Assembly (NCBI RefSeq): GCF_009914755.1
Contig: NC_060926.1
Strand: one strand, 5' to 3'
DNA length: 64,000 bases
DNA from: the human T2T-CHM13v2.0 reference genome, Homo sapiens
Made by a program: the position numbers and the translations under genes
Shown here: piece by piece, positions 1-12,430 of the stretch
Position numbering within the stretch: position 1 is the stretch's first letter
How the letters are laid out: the number at the start of each line of letters is the position of its first letter
The notes under the pieces: generated by a model
Database searches by the model: none
What the model was told of the DNA's origin: nothing
The model's input: only the letters and a program-made list of their open reading frames with translations

Positions 1-19
1 AGCACACCATTCCTCATCC

Positions 20-150
20 CCTCATTCAGCCGACACTTGCTGAGCACCGCCTTGGCGCTGGAGCAGTGGTTCCGGTCCATGCTGGTTGCTAGCGGCCTGC
101 AGAGCAGCAGGGACAAGACAGCAGCTTCAGGGAAGACAGACATCAGCGTG
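20..150 (-). mobile_element. Degenerate L2 (LINE-2) 3' fragment
   Basis: ctcattcagccgacacttgctgagcacc...ggacaagacag resembles the reverse complement of the L2 3' end (attcattcaacaaacatttattgagcacc). Confidence 0.4.
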
Positions 151-852
151 TCAAGCGTGGGTGCCGTGGGGAAGGCAGGAAAGGCTCCCTGAGGGGTGGT
201 GTCCAAGCTGAGAGCTGGAGTGGAATTCGGCAAAGAGAGGAGAGAGAAGAGGATGCGGGAGAGAGGCCCAGAGGAGGAAATAGACCTGCAAGGACCTCCC
301 CTCCCCGAAGTCTGAAGCCATAGCTGATAGGCCTGCTCCACACCAAGCCCTTTCTCCTTTCCAGAGGTACCTGCGCACAGCCACCTCTGATATTTGTCAT
401 TCTCACCTCAGTTTATTCCAGCTCTGGTCATCCCTGTATGTATCACTCATGACAGCAGCCTCATCGAAGCTCCTGTCTCCTCTTTTCCCACCTGTGAACA
501 GAAAACACTTTCTCCCCTTTCTCCCCTTCCCCTTCTTCCTTCTTTCTCCGTCTCTGTCATGCACAGCAGGCATCAGAATAGGGCTGTGGGCAGCCCTTTG
601 CCCAGGTCAATGTGAAGGCAAAGTTCCCAAGTGCCGGCCACTCTGCACCTGTTGTCCTTTGAGGAGAGACCCCGAAGCCCCTACATGTCTACACGTGTCT
701 CTCCACCAGCTGCCAATGTCTTCTGCTTTCTCCTAGAAACAAGTTTGGAGAAGGATGTTATTTTATTTCCTTGCAAATTCTAGTTTTGTTTTACACCTGT
801 TTTACTGGAAATAGACTATTTTTTAAATGGACAATGGTGAGGATCCAGTAGC

Positions 853-1255
853 TGATACAGTTTGGCTCTGCGTGCACCCACATCTTGTGTTCAGTTGTAA
901 TCCTCAGTGTTGGAGATGCGGCGTGGTGGGAAGTGATTGGATTAGAGGGGTGGTTTCTAATGGTTGAACACCATACACTTGGGTGCTGTTCTCATGACAG
1001 TGAATGAGTTCTCATGAGATCTGGTCATTTCAATGTGTGTGGCATCCACCCCCCCACCACCTCCCGCTCTGGCCATGTAAGGCGTGCCTGCTTTCTCTTT
1101 GCCCTCTACCACGACTGAAAGTTTCCTGAGGCCTCCCCAGAAGCTGTCATGCTTCCTTACAGCCTGCAGAACTCTGATCCAGTTAAACCTCTTTTCTTTA
1201 TAAGTTACCCAGTCGGAGGTATTTATTTATAGCAGTGCAAGAACTGACGAATACA
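853..1255 (+). mobile_element. ERVL-MaLR solo LTR (MSTA/MSTB-like)
   Basis: TG...CA termini; tgatacagtttggctctg start; ctcatgagatctgg; tttcctgaggcctccccagaagc; ttaaacctcttttctttataagttacccagtc end motif. Confidence 0.85.
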
Positions 1256-1529
1256 GTCATGATCCTGTTCCTCAAAGCCAAGACATTGGAGTGGCCAACA
1301 CTCAAGACTGCGAATGACCTTCAGGCACCGCCTGTGCATCCTTTATGGACCACACGGGTGTGTGCGCTTTGCACCGTGTGGCGACCTAGCATCAGATTGG
1401 CGCAGTCGTCTGAATATTTGTTCTCATATGACACAGCCGACTACAGAAGGATCTGCATGGATTTCTTTAATGGAAACTATTTGTAAAAGATAAGCTGTAA
1501 ACAAAGGAAATGGTTTGGAATAAAATTGA

Positions 1530-2560
<1,031 letters not shown>

Positions 2561-2637
2561 AATTTTTATTTTGTTTTCATTTGAAACATTTTCCATTGAG
2601 GTAAAATGCACCTAAAATAAAATTTACCATTTTAACC

Positions 2638-2909
2638 TTTTTTTTTTGAGGAGTCTCGCTCTGTCACCAGGCTGGAGTGCAGTGGGGCGATCTTGGCTCT
2701 CTGCAACCTGACTCCCTGGTTCAAGTGATTCTCTCCTGAGTAGCTGGGATTAGAGTTGCGCGCCACCACACCTGGCTAATTTTTTATTTTTAGTAGAGAT
2801 GGGGTTTCACCCTGTTAGCCAGGATGGTCTTGATCTCCTGACCTCGTGATCCGCCTGCCTCAGCCTCCCAAAGTGCTGGGATTACAGGCATGAGCCACCG
2901 CGCCCAGCC
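2638..2909 (-). mobile_element. AluS (Sc-like)
   Basis: Poly(T) followed by the Alu reverse complement ending gcgcccagcc; gtcaccaggctgg and aggatggtcttgatctcctgacctcgtg; TSD CATTTTAACC on both sides. Confidence 0.95.
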
Positions 2910-3231
2910 TCATTTTAACCATTTTTAAGTGTACACTTTGGTGGCACTAAGTACATTCACAGTGCTGTGCAGCCATCACCCTCCATCTCCAGAACTCTTC
3001 ATCTTGAAAAGCTGAAACTCTGCAGCCACTAAACACAGCCCCTGGCACTCACCATTCCACTTTCTTTCTCCGTGAATGTAACTACTCCAGGAATATCATC
3101 AACAAAATCATGAAGCGGTAAATGTCCTTTTATAAATGGCTTATTTCATTTAGCATAATTCTTCAAGGTTCATCCATGTTGTATGATGTATCAGAATTTC
3201 CATCCTTCTGTAGGCTGAGGAATAGCCCATT

Positions 3232-3723
3232 TGCTATGGCTTGGATGTGGCTTGTTTCCACCAAAAGTCATGTTGAAATTTAATCCGCTGTGGGGCAGTG
3301 TTGGGAGGTGGAGCGTAGTGTTGAAATTGCATCCATTGTGGGGCAGTGTTGGGAGGTGGAGCGTAGTGGGGGGTGTTTGGGTCATGGGGTCAGATCTCGC
3401 ATAAACAGATTAACGCTCTCTCTCCGGAGTGTGTGAGTGCTTGCCCTTCCAAAACTGGATTAGTTACCAGAGAGCGGGCTGTGGTCAAAGCGAGTCTGGC
3501 TTCCTCAGCTCTCTCTTGCTTCCTCTCTCACCAGGTGATCTCTTTGCTCATCCCCCCTTCCACTTTCCATCATGAGAGGAAGCAGCATGAGCCCCCTACC
3601 AGATGCATCTGCCTAATTTTAGGCTTTGGAGCCACCAGAATCGTGAGCCAAATAAACCTCTGTTCTTTGTAAATTACCCAGCCTCAGGTATTCTGTGATG
3701 GCAACACAAAACGGACTGAGACA
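3232..3723 (+). mobile_element. ERVL-MaLR solo LTR (MSTD/MSTB-like) with an internal 48-bp tandem duplication (3271-3366)
   Basis: tgctatggcttggatgt start; gagccaaataaacctctgttctttgtaaattacccagcctcagg...gactgagaca end. Confidence 0.85.
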
Positions 3724-4078
3724 GCATGGTATGTGTGCTCCACACCTATCCACTCATTCCTCAGTGGGCAAGCGGGTTACTTACGTCTTTTGGGTGCTGT
3801 GAGTAGCGCTGCTGTGAACATGGGTGTACCAATATCTGTTTGAGCTCCTGTTTCATATTTTTGAGTATATGTCCAGAAGCGGGATTGATGGTGGTATGGT
3901 AGTTCTCTGATTAATTGTTTGAGGACCTTTTTTTACAGTTGCTGCACCATTTTACATTCTCACCCGCAGTGCACTGGGTTCCAATGTCTCCACATTCTTG
4001 CCAATGCTTATTACCTTCTGGGCTTGTTTGCTTTTGAGGGTTTGCTGTTGTTGTTTTTAACAGTAATCATCTTAACTG

Positions 4079-4500
4079 GTGTCCTGGGACTGGTGTCCCC
4101 GTAAGCAGAGCCTGAGACGAGGGTTCTTATTCAACTGACTCTCAGGAGACAGCAGGTGAATCAAGCAATAAGGGGCAGAAGCTGACCTCAGCTGGAGTTC
4201 ACCTCAAGCCCGACTCCATGGGAGCTCTGGAGTGTGAATGCACCCGGGACTCGGCCCTGCTGTGAGGCAGGGGCTGCCCTGTAGTATCCTCATGCCAGCT
4301 AGTCCTTGTCCTTGGTCTGCCCTGGGTGCGGGACACAGCCCCTTGATGAAGTGGCTTCTGCTGGGCCAAGGGCAATTATTTCCAGGAGTGTCAGCTGTGA
4401 GTTGTTGGCCAGTACAAGCTGCTGCCAGGGGTGGAAATGGCAGCCAGTTAAGTGAATCTGAGCTGAGCATGGCAGTAGCTACTGCAGGGTGCAATTCTGT
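4079..4500 (-). mobile_element. Old ERVL-class LTR (LTR16-like), degenerate
   Basis: tgtcctggg...ccccgtaagcagagcctgagacgagggtt resembles LTR16-group termini and interrupts the L1. Confidence 0.45.
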
Positions 4501-5249
4501 GATTGCCATCGAGGAGGCACATGCCCCATGATCCGTCTGCAACTGGACTTGTTCTCCGTGAAGTGTCTGTTCAAGCGTTTCCCCATTTTTCCATTGGGTT
4601 GTCTGGCTTTACGTTTATTATTTGTCTTTGAATATCTTTTGTCATTATGTGCATTGCAAATATCTTCTCCCATACTTTGGCGTACTGTTGACTTTTTAAC
4701 CCGTAGAAGGAGTCGGTCTTATTAAAGACACCCTCCTCTTTCTTTGTGAAAGCCACTGATGAGATTTGGAGAGACTTCTCCCAACTCAATCTCTAAACAA
4801 ACAGTCTTTCCACCAGCATGTCCACTTGAAAATTATGAAATCTGATTAAAATAAGAGAGAATACACTTCTCACAATACCTTCCACTGGAAAATCATAGTT
4901 AAAGTAATTCAGTGTGGTGCAGATTTAATTAAGATTGGATTGCGAATACTGGAAATGGTATTAGCATTCAGCATTTAGCCCCTGGAAACTCGGTGAATGT
5001 GACAGTTAAGATTTAGAGGATTTGAAATGAATTTTTTTGCAAGCTGGGCTTCCCTGTGCCTATTAATTTGATAAATTTCGGAAGTTATTCACATCCCCTC
5101 TGATTTTCTTTGTTAAAATTGTCTCTGATGGAAGAGAAAAGCTCCCTCTTCCCGTGCTGCTTCTTCAGGCATAAGCAGAGAGCACAGGGCCTGAGCCCTG
5201 CCCCTAGCCAGGCCATTCCTCCTGCCTGCGCTCTTCTGCATGACCAGAA

Positions 5250-5606
5250 GTGGGTTGAATAGCAGCATTTACCCAGAACCCCACGGTGCAACTGTATTTG
5301 GAATAGGGTCTTTGTAGATGTAATTAGTGAAGAATCTTGAGACGAAATCATCTTAGATTTAGGGTGGTCCCTAGATCCAATGGCGAGTGTCCTTATAAGA
5401 TGGGGAGAGACACAGACACACAGAGGAGAGGCCATGTGAAGACGGAAGCAGAGTTTAGAGCAACACGGCCACAAGCCAAGGAAGCCAGGGGCCACCAGAA
5501 CCTGGAAGAGGCAGGAAAGCTCCTCCTTTAGAGCCTCTGGAGGGAGCACAGCCCTGCTGGCACCTTGATTTCGGCCTTGTGGCCTCCAGAACGGTGCGAG
5601 GATAAT
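5250..5606 (+). mobile_element. MLT1C/B-like MaLR LTR
   Basis: tatttggaatagggtctttgtagatgtaatta...gtgtccttataaga...ggccatgtgaagacggaagcagag...ccacaagccaaggaa...caccttgatttcggcc...ggcctccagaac. Confidence 0.85.
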
Positions 5607-6390
5607 GCCTGAATCTGTTCTGGAGCTTTCCACACCCTACTGTGAACCCCTGCAGCCCACCTGCCTGTCTCTGTCTCCAGGCTGAAGTGCAGGGGTCAGG
5701 GGCTGGCTGTGGCTCTGCTCCAGGGCGGGGCATCTGGCTCACACTGGGCAGTTCAGGTGCACAGAATACCTTGCAACAGTGATCAGCCACTGCTAGGGGT
5801 GAGAATCCCACAAGGGAGATCCCACAGGGATCCCACAAGGGAGAGCCCACAAGGTTGGAGGAGCCTGTGCGGAAGCCCCCTCCACTCATGCTGGCTTTGA
5901 GCTTGCTGACGTCTTCAGCTGTCTGGTCCTCTGCTGGACCAGCTGGGACTGAGGATGGGGCTTCAGGGAGGATGAAATATGAACCAGCTGGCAGCTCTAG
6001 GACCTCCCCTGCCCCGGCCTGCCTCTGTTCCCAGCTGGGGCAGTGACTTGCCAGACGCCAAGAGTGCCCGAGACCAGACTCCTGCTGCCCACAGGCCCAC
6101 ACCCCATCCTGTCCTTGTGCTGGGTGTGTCCTTGGGTCTTGCTTCTCCTCTGTCCCTCCCTGCCAGCTGCTTGGGAACTGGCCTGTCTTCTGAGTTTGCC
6201 TGGACCCTTACTCCAGGCCTCTCTCTGTTCCATGCCCTGCAGCCCCAGGTCAAGCTAGGTCCACCAGAGTAGTGGCAATGCCTGATAGTGGAGGTGGATA
6301 CACAGCAGCTCCTGGCCAGGCTCACAGTCTTCACAGGCTTCATGGTGCTGCGACAAGGAAAGGGGCTGAGCGAGTCATGCCCTGTCTGTG

Positions 6391-7585
6391 CTCATCACCA
6401 TCCATCACTGTCCATCACCGCCCATCACTACTCATCACTGTCCATCACTGTCCATCACCACCCATCACTACTCATCACTGTCCATCACCGACCATTACTG
6501 TCCATCACCATCCATCACTGCCCATCACTACTCATCACTGTCCATCACCGCCCATCACTACTCATCACTGTCCATCACCGACCATTACTGTCCATCACCG
6601 TCCATCACTGTCCATCACTGTCCATCACCGTCCATCGCTGTCCATCACCATTCATCACTGTCCATCACTTCCCATCACTACTCATCACTGTCCATCACCG
6701 TCCATCACCGTCCATCACCGCCCAACACCGCCCATCAACATCCATCACCGCCCATCAACGTCCATCACTGTCCATCACAGTCCATCACCGCCCATCACTA
6801 CTCATCACTGTCCAGCACTGCCCATCACTGTCCATCACTGCCCATCACCATCCATCACTGCCCACCACTGTCCATCACTGCCCATCACTGCCCATCACCG
6901 TCCATCACTGCCCACCACTGTCCATCACCCCCCATCACTGCCCATCACTGCCCATCACTGTCCATCACTGTCCATCACCGTCCATCACTGCCCATCACTG
7001 CCCATCACCACCCATCACCATCCATCACTGCCCACCACTGTCCATCACTGCCCATCACTGTCCATCACTGCCCATCACTATGCATCACTGCCCATGACCG
7101 TCCATCACTGCCCATCACCGTCCATCACCATCCATCACCGCCCATCAACGTCCATCACTGTCCATCACAGTCCATCAACACCCATCACTACTCATCACTG
7201 CCCATCACTGTCCATCACTGCCCACCACTGTCCATCAACCCCCATCACTGCCCATCCCGTCCATCACTGTCCATCACCGTCCATCACCGCCCATCACTGC
7301 CCATCACTGCCCATCACCATCCATCACTGCCCACCACTGTCCATCACTGCCCATCACTGTCCATCACTGCCCATGACCGTCCATCACTGCCCATCGCCGT
7401 CCATCACTGCCCACCACTGTCCATCACTGCCCATCACTGTCCATCACTGCCCACCACTGCCCATCACTGTCCATCACCCCCATCACCGTCCATCACTGTC
7501 CATCACTTCCCACCACTGTCCATCACTTCCCACCACTGTCCATCACTGCCGTCACTGCCCATCACTGCTCATCATTGTCACTGAA
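6391..7585. repeat. Minisatellite, 10-bp unit (Y)CCATCACYR, ~119 copies
   Basis: Directly visible tandem array (tccatcactg / cccatcactg / tccatcaccg / cccatcacta variants). Confidence 0.98.
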
Positions 7586-7719
7586 TTCCTTCCCCAGGGT
7601 ATGCACCCGTTCCTGATCATAGCCTTTGGCCATCCAGGGAATGGGACCATGAGACATGACTGGCCCCGGAGAAGTCCCTGGTTACTTCTAAGTCAGCCAG
7701 ACTGGAGCTAACATGAATG

Positions 7720-7884
7720 CAGTGGTTCTTAACATTTTGTGCTGCCTGGAGATGTTTTTGGTTGCCACACCTTGGAGGAGGGTGTTCTGGAATCTGGCAA
7801 GTAGAGGGCAGGGTGTGCAGGGCAGCCCCCACAACAAAGAATGGTCCAGGCCAGGACATTGCTGGTGCAGTCGGGGAAGCCCTG
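7720..7884 (+). mobile_element. MER20 (hAT-Charlie MITE), internally deleted
   Basis: cagtggttcttaac...ctggagatgtttttggttgccaca...gcagcccccacaacaaagaat...aagccctg, with CAG...CTG termini. Confidence 0.75.
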
Positions 7885-8919
7885 CTTCCCCCCTCCCCCA
7901 CCGTCCTGCCTGGCCAATGCCCATCTTTTGCCCCTGCCATCACCCATTCATCACGGTCACAGGGCTCTGCAAACTGCTACAAACTCGTGGCATTTCCAGG
8001 GGCTTCCCATTCCTCACCCTAGGCTTTGAACTAACTGGGAAGGAGCTGTGGCTGGCGCAGCAGGGCTGAGGCTATGGCTTGGATCTGAGGGCTTCCACCA
8101 CACCCCCAAGCCTTGGCTGGAACCCCTGTGGGAGAGTTGGGTCACTTTGTTTCAAGGAACATTTGAATGCTTCAGGTTCCGGAACAAGGGAAGGGAGTGG
8201 ATCCAGCCTGGCTGGCAGCTCTGAGAGCTGTGGCTACACGGGGCACCCAGGCCCACCCACCCTCTGCACCCCTCACATGAGGCATCCCCGGGCAGCCCCT
8301 CACCTGGCTCCAGGGGCCAGCTCGTGTGAACCAAGGCCCAGGCCTCCATGGCCTTCTGCCCGCCGTGGCCAGTCCTCATCTCCTGCAGGGTGATCGATGG
8401 CAGGAAATCCACTCCTCACCTTGCCCGGCTGCCTTCCCGCCCCCCAGCAGACCCGGGCAGGAGAACAAGAGCACCTCAGCAGCACACTTCGGGGTCCAGC
8501 AGTCCACTTCTCAGGGACCCCTGGGGCTTCCCAGGGATTTTCAGACACTGCCTTGACATGATGTCACTAAGGGGTCCTTACCTAACTGAGTAGAGACCCC
8601 ACAAGGGGACAAGAATGTCTCCCCCAGAACAAAGACAGTCTTTTCCCCTGAAGAGAGGAGGTCTGGTCCCCACCTCCTTTTATTCTCAGGTCTACCTGTG
8701 ACCACATAAACCACACTAATAGAATTCAAGCAATGGCTTCAATCCAGGTCCAGTCATTTCCCAAGACCTTGCCTTCACTCCCATCATCATTCACCGTGTG
8801 CTACATTTAGTGGGGCACTTGCTGCTGGTTTTTAATAATGGAATATATAATTCACATTATATTGAGAAAGATTTCTTCATTTTCTACTTCTCACAAGAAG
8901 CTTTAACGCCAAAAGTCGG

Positions 8920-9237
8920 CGTGATGGTTTTAAAAGTAGGCCCACAGATTATCTGAAATGCCCTCCTGAAGGGTGGAAGGTGGAATTGAGTTCTCTTCCC
9001 TTGAGCGTGGCTGTTCATGATGAGCTTCTAACAATAGCACAGAGCAGAAGCGATGGTGGAGGTGAAAACCCGACTGGCACAGCTTATGAAAACGCTGCAG
9101 CGTCTATCTCGGGCAAGCTCTCTCACTCTCTCTCCAGGCCAGCTTCCTGACCACAGATGCTGTGAGATAGCAAATGTCTATTGTGTAAAGCTGCTAAGTT
9201 TTGGGATGATTCGTTATGAGCACTGATAACTAACACA
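8920..9237 (+). mobile_element. MLT1F/G-like MaLR LTR fragment
   Basis: cctgaccacagatgctgtgagatagcaaatgtctattgtgtaaagctgctaagttttggg...gataactaacaca is a typical MLT1 3' end. Confidence 0.65.
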
Positions 9238-10169
9238 GCTGTCAAACATGCATTTTGTGCTTGCATCTGTTTAAAAATACCACTTGTTTTTCTTTATGCT
9301 GTTAGTGTCATGAACTATTTCTTCACAGTTCCCACACTAAAACCTCCATGTCGCTGGATAGGCGTTACTTCCTCAAGGCCTTGCTTCCAGCCCGTGCTCT
9401 CCACCCTGCTCATCGTCCGCCGGGTCAGTGCGGGGCTTCACCAGCTGCACTGTGGGAAGGGACAGGCCACCTCTGACCACCGGCCTGCCTGGGATGCACT
9501 CACATACCACGGGAGGAGCCCATTGCACGGCGACGCCCAGCTGCTCCGGATGCAGGGGAGGACAGGCCAGTGAGGGCTGAGGGTAGCGAGGCTTCTGCTG
9601 CAAACCAGCTGTGCCGACTCAATCCCTCCACCCCCCGGCTAATCCCAGCTGCAGCTTCTCCCAGCCTCTAGCCATTCCTGTCACTGGCTACATGGCGGTA
9701 CTGACTTGAATTTTCAATATCAGATGTTGTCCCGATTTTTACTCCAAAAGCTAAAGGTTCAGCCACCTTGCGCCATCTTCCCCTTCCCACACCACACTTT
9801 GCCTTCCCACCAGACCCGCACTGAGTTAGACCACAGCTGGGTTAACTCTGCACTCACTGTTTGCATTACTCTTTGCAAATATTCCCCATGGCTGCTTTTC
9901 TGACACAGATCTTCTTCCATGGTTAATCACTGCCTTGCTCTGTCTGCTTAATTTCTATGTACCTGTCGTGAGTGCATAGACTCAGAGCTTTGGCTCTCTG
10001 CTTGTTGCTCCTGGAGCTGTCCATGCCCCTGTTCTAGAGCTGCTGCCCCAGGACCTCCCGTCCTCCCAGGAATTCCTTCTGCCTTTGTCTGGGGAGCACG
10101 GAGCCCTGGTCCTCCACAGCCCCTGGTCTCTTGGCTTATCCTCCTTGAGCCTCCTGAGAAAGGGGCAAA

Positions 10170-10570
10170 GGAGGCAAATTGCCTACTTTATCAATTGCAT
10201 GTTCATGCCCCTTCTCCCTTCATTCCGCTGGATTTTTACCATTTTATCTGGTGGGCGTGAGGACGCCCATCAGACGCTAATGCATGCAGGCTTTTAAATT
10301 TGTAATTTTATATTAGTTTGAATGTACATTGGAAACCCCTTATTGTTTCCCTTTCAGCTTCTTTATGAGGTTTTTTTTTTTTTTTTACCTTACTGACTTA
10401 AAAAATGCAATCAACTTGGTGTTTTTTAAAAATGCTTTCTGGCCTTGTTAGGCTAAGAAGGGACTTTCCCTCCTCAACATAATATTACACAGCAGTACTC
10501 CATGAGTTTTTTAAATGTATGACCCTTTTACCTATTTAAAAGTAGTTTTTGTGAGGCTGCAAAACATCTA
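10170..10570 (-). mobile_element. Old L1 fragment (antisense)
   Basis: aattgcatgttcatgcccc...; T-rich degenerate L1M-like sequence. Confidence 0.4.
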
Positions 10571-10831
10571 GTTTGCTTCTTTGGCCGTGAAATATAGTCA
10601 ACAAACACATGAGAATATTATCATCTCACTGAAGAATTAAAAATTCAAATGGAAATAGTGAGCAGGCATTTTCTGCTTCCCAGAGCGCCCTGTGTGACAG
10701 AGGTTGGCATCGCCTGATGACGGCTGGGCGAGGGGCTATGCCTGCCTGTGTGTCATGGATGGAAACACACAGGGCACCGCTGACAGGGAGAGGCATGAGG
10801 ACGCCCATCGGACGCTAATTCATGCAGGCTT

Positions 10832-11025
10832 CTGGCCCAGCAGTGCCACTGTGAGAACTTATTCTCCAGAAGCACTCATACAAGAATACAAACATGCTCA
10901 CTGCAGCATTATTTTTAAATCCTAAATAACTAGAACCAAAGTAGTGTCCATCAAAATGAAGTTGGTTAAGTAAACCAGTGCACATCCATTATTTATTACA
11001 GCCTTCACAATAAATGGAAAACTGT

Positions 11026-11058
<33 letters not shown>

Positions 11059-11345
11059 AGTGAGAGAGAAAGGAAGTTGTATCTATATTGATCAACAGAG
11101 ACTATTCTCCAAGATAATTTCTGTGCACCAATGCAAACAGTAAGTGACAGAATAGTGTAAGTCATATAATTCCATTCTCAAAAAAAAATGTAGAGTTTGC
11201 AAGGAAATACACCAAACTCCTCTCTGGAAGGTGAAATTTCAGTTGATTCTTTTTTCCATTTTTTCTTGCTCTTTCTGAATTTGTGACTTTCTAAAAGTTA
11301 CAGTGAACAAAGATCATTTAAAACATAAAAACAATAAAGCAATTT
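10832..11345 (+). mobile_element. L1ME-like 3' fragment (sense)
   Basis: cccagcagtgccact...ctcactgcagcattattt...gtgtccatcaa...ttggttaagtaaac; ends in A-rich aataaa. Confidence 0.6.
11027..11056. repeat. (GT)15 microsatellite
   Basis: Directly visible. Confidence 0.95.
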
Positions 11346-12289
11346 TTCAAAGGAGCTATTAAATTGTAAACCAGAATAACAAGAGACCCATAGACACCAA
11401 ATAAGAAGGTTTCCCCTGGCAGCTGGGAAAACGCCAGCTGGGACTGGCTCTGCGGGGGCCACACTCCATCCACCTCACCCTTGCAGAGGGAGCTGGCTCT
11501 GGTCCCTCCATCTCTCGGGCTGCTGCTGTAGTTTTGGGCGTCTGAGAACAGAGGCTGGGGGTGAAGCCCCAGTATCCCCTTGGCATTCACTTCACACCTG
11601 CTCCACACTGGACAATGTCTGTCCACGCCATTGGCCATGCCCTTTTCCCTCACTAGGGCCTCTGGGAGGAGCCCAGCTCCGGAGATGACCAAGACCTGAG
11701 CCTGGACTCTGGGAAGGGAAGGGTCACAGGATGGCACCATCCCCAGGGTGCAGTAAAGTTCCCAGGGTGCAGTGGGGGTGCAGGGTGGTCATTGGCCTGA
11801 GCTGGAATCTGGAAGGCTTCCTGGAGGAGGTGGCAGCTGAGACTTGGAGGAAGGGCAGGAGTGCGGGCAGGTGGAGAGGCAGGTGGTGTTGAGCAGAGAC
11901 CATGCTGAGAACCGCCAGGTAAGCTGTCATATGTGAATATTCACTGAGCCCCCACTCTGCACAGGGCTAGTGCAAAATGCTGGGCATTACAAGGGGCCAG
12001 GAAGAGACTCCCTCTGCCTGCACAGGACTCTGTGTTAACAAGAGAGAAGGGCTGGATGCCCAGCCCCTTGGGTGTCCCATGTGGTCTGCAGCATGTGGGG
12101 AATGTCCATCAGGGCACAAGAAGGCCTGAGGCACACAGCAGATGCGTGCGGGTGTTGGCATGGCCTCTGCGAAGGTGGTCAGCCATCCAGGACAGCTGTC
12201 GGTTTCTGCTTTGAGCCTGTGTGGACCAGAAGGAGAAAGGAAGTATTGGAGGGAAGGAGCGTAGAGAGGAGGGGAGAGCCAGAGAAATG

Positions 12290-12430
12290 TGTTGGGGAAT
12301 CTCATTAATTCCAGCATGCCCTGCTGTTAATTACATAGAAATTAAATTGGCAATAATTCAGGCAGAAAGCTTTCATGTGACGTCACTCCACATTCCTCGC
12401 TGAAGCGCCGACTTGCTCTAATTAGCACAA
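12290..12430. promoter_or_regulatory. Candidate enhancer: full CRE, TEAD-like, NF-kB-like and TAAT sites
   Basis: GTGACGTCAC at 12377-12386, ACATTCC at 12390-12396, GGGGAATCTC near 12294, and several TAATT motifs in AT-rich non-repeat sequence. Confidence 0.4.

Larger units (their letters stand above)
2575..4720 (-). mobile_element. L1MB/L1MA-type 3' end, fragmented by nested Alu and LTR insertions
   Basis: aaaatttaccattttaacc...ttttaagtgtaca...ggcttatttcatttagcataatt...gctgctgtgaacatgggtgtac...gctgcaccattttacattctcacc are typical antisense L1M 3' motifs. Confidence 0.8.

Noticed and set aside
6272-7711. 479/398/269-aa His/Cys/Pro-rich ORFs as a protein-coding gene
   Set aside because: They lie almost entirely in a 10-bp tandem array whose composition lacks stop codons in all plus frames; no domain or exon context.
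9375-9575. Possible exon after acceptor-like ccttgcttccag (also ttctgttcag...gcag/gtttat at ~40743-40898)
   Set aside because: Splice-like motifs alone are too common; no recognisable protein or partner exons. A lncRNA exon cannot be excluded without RNA data.
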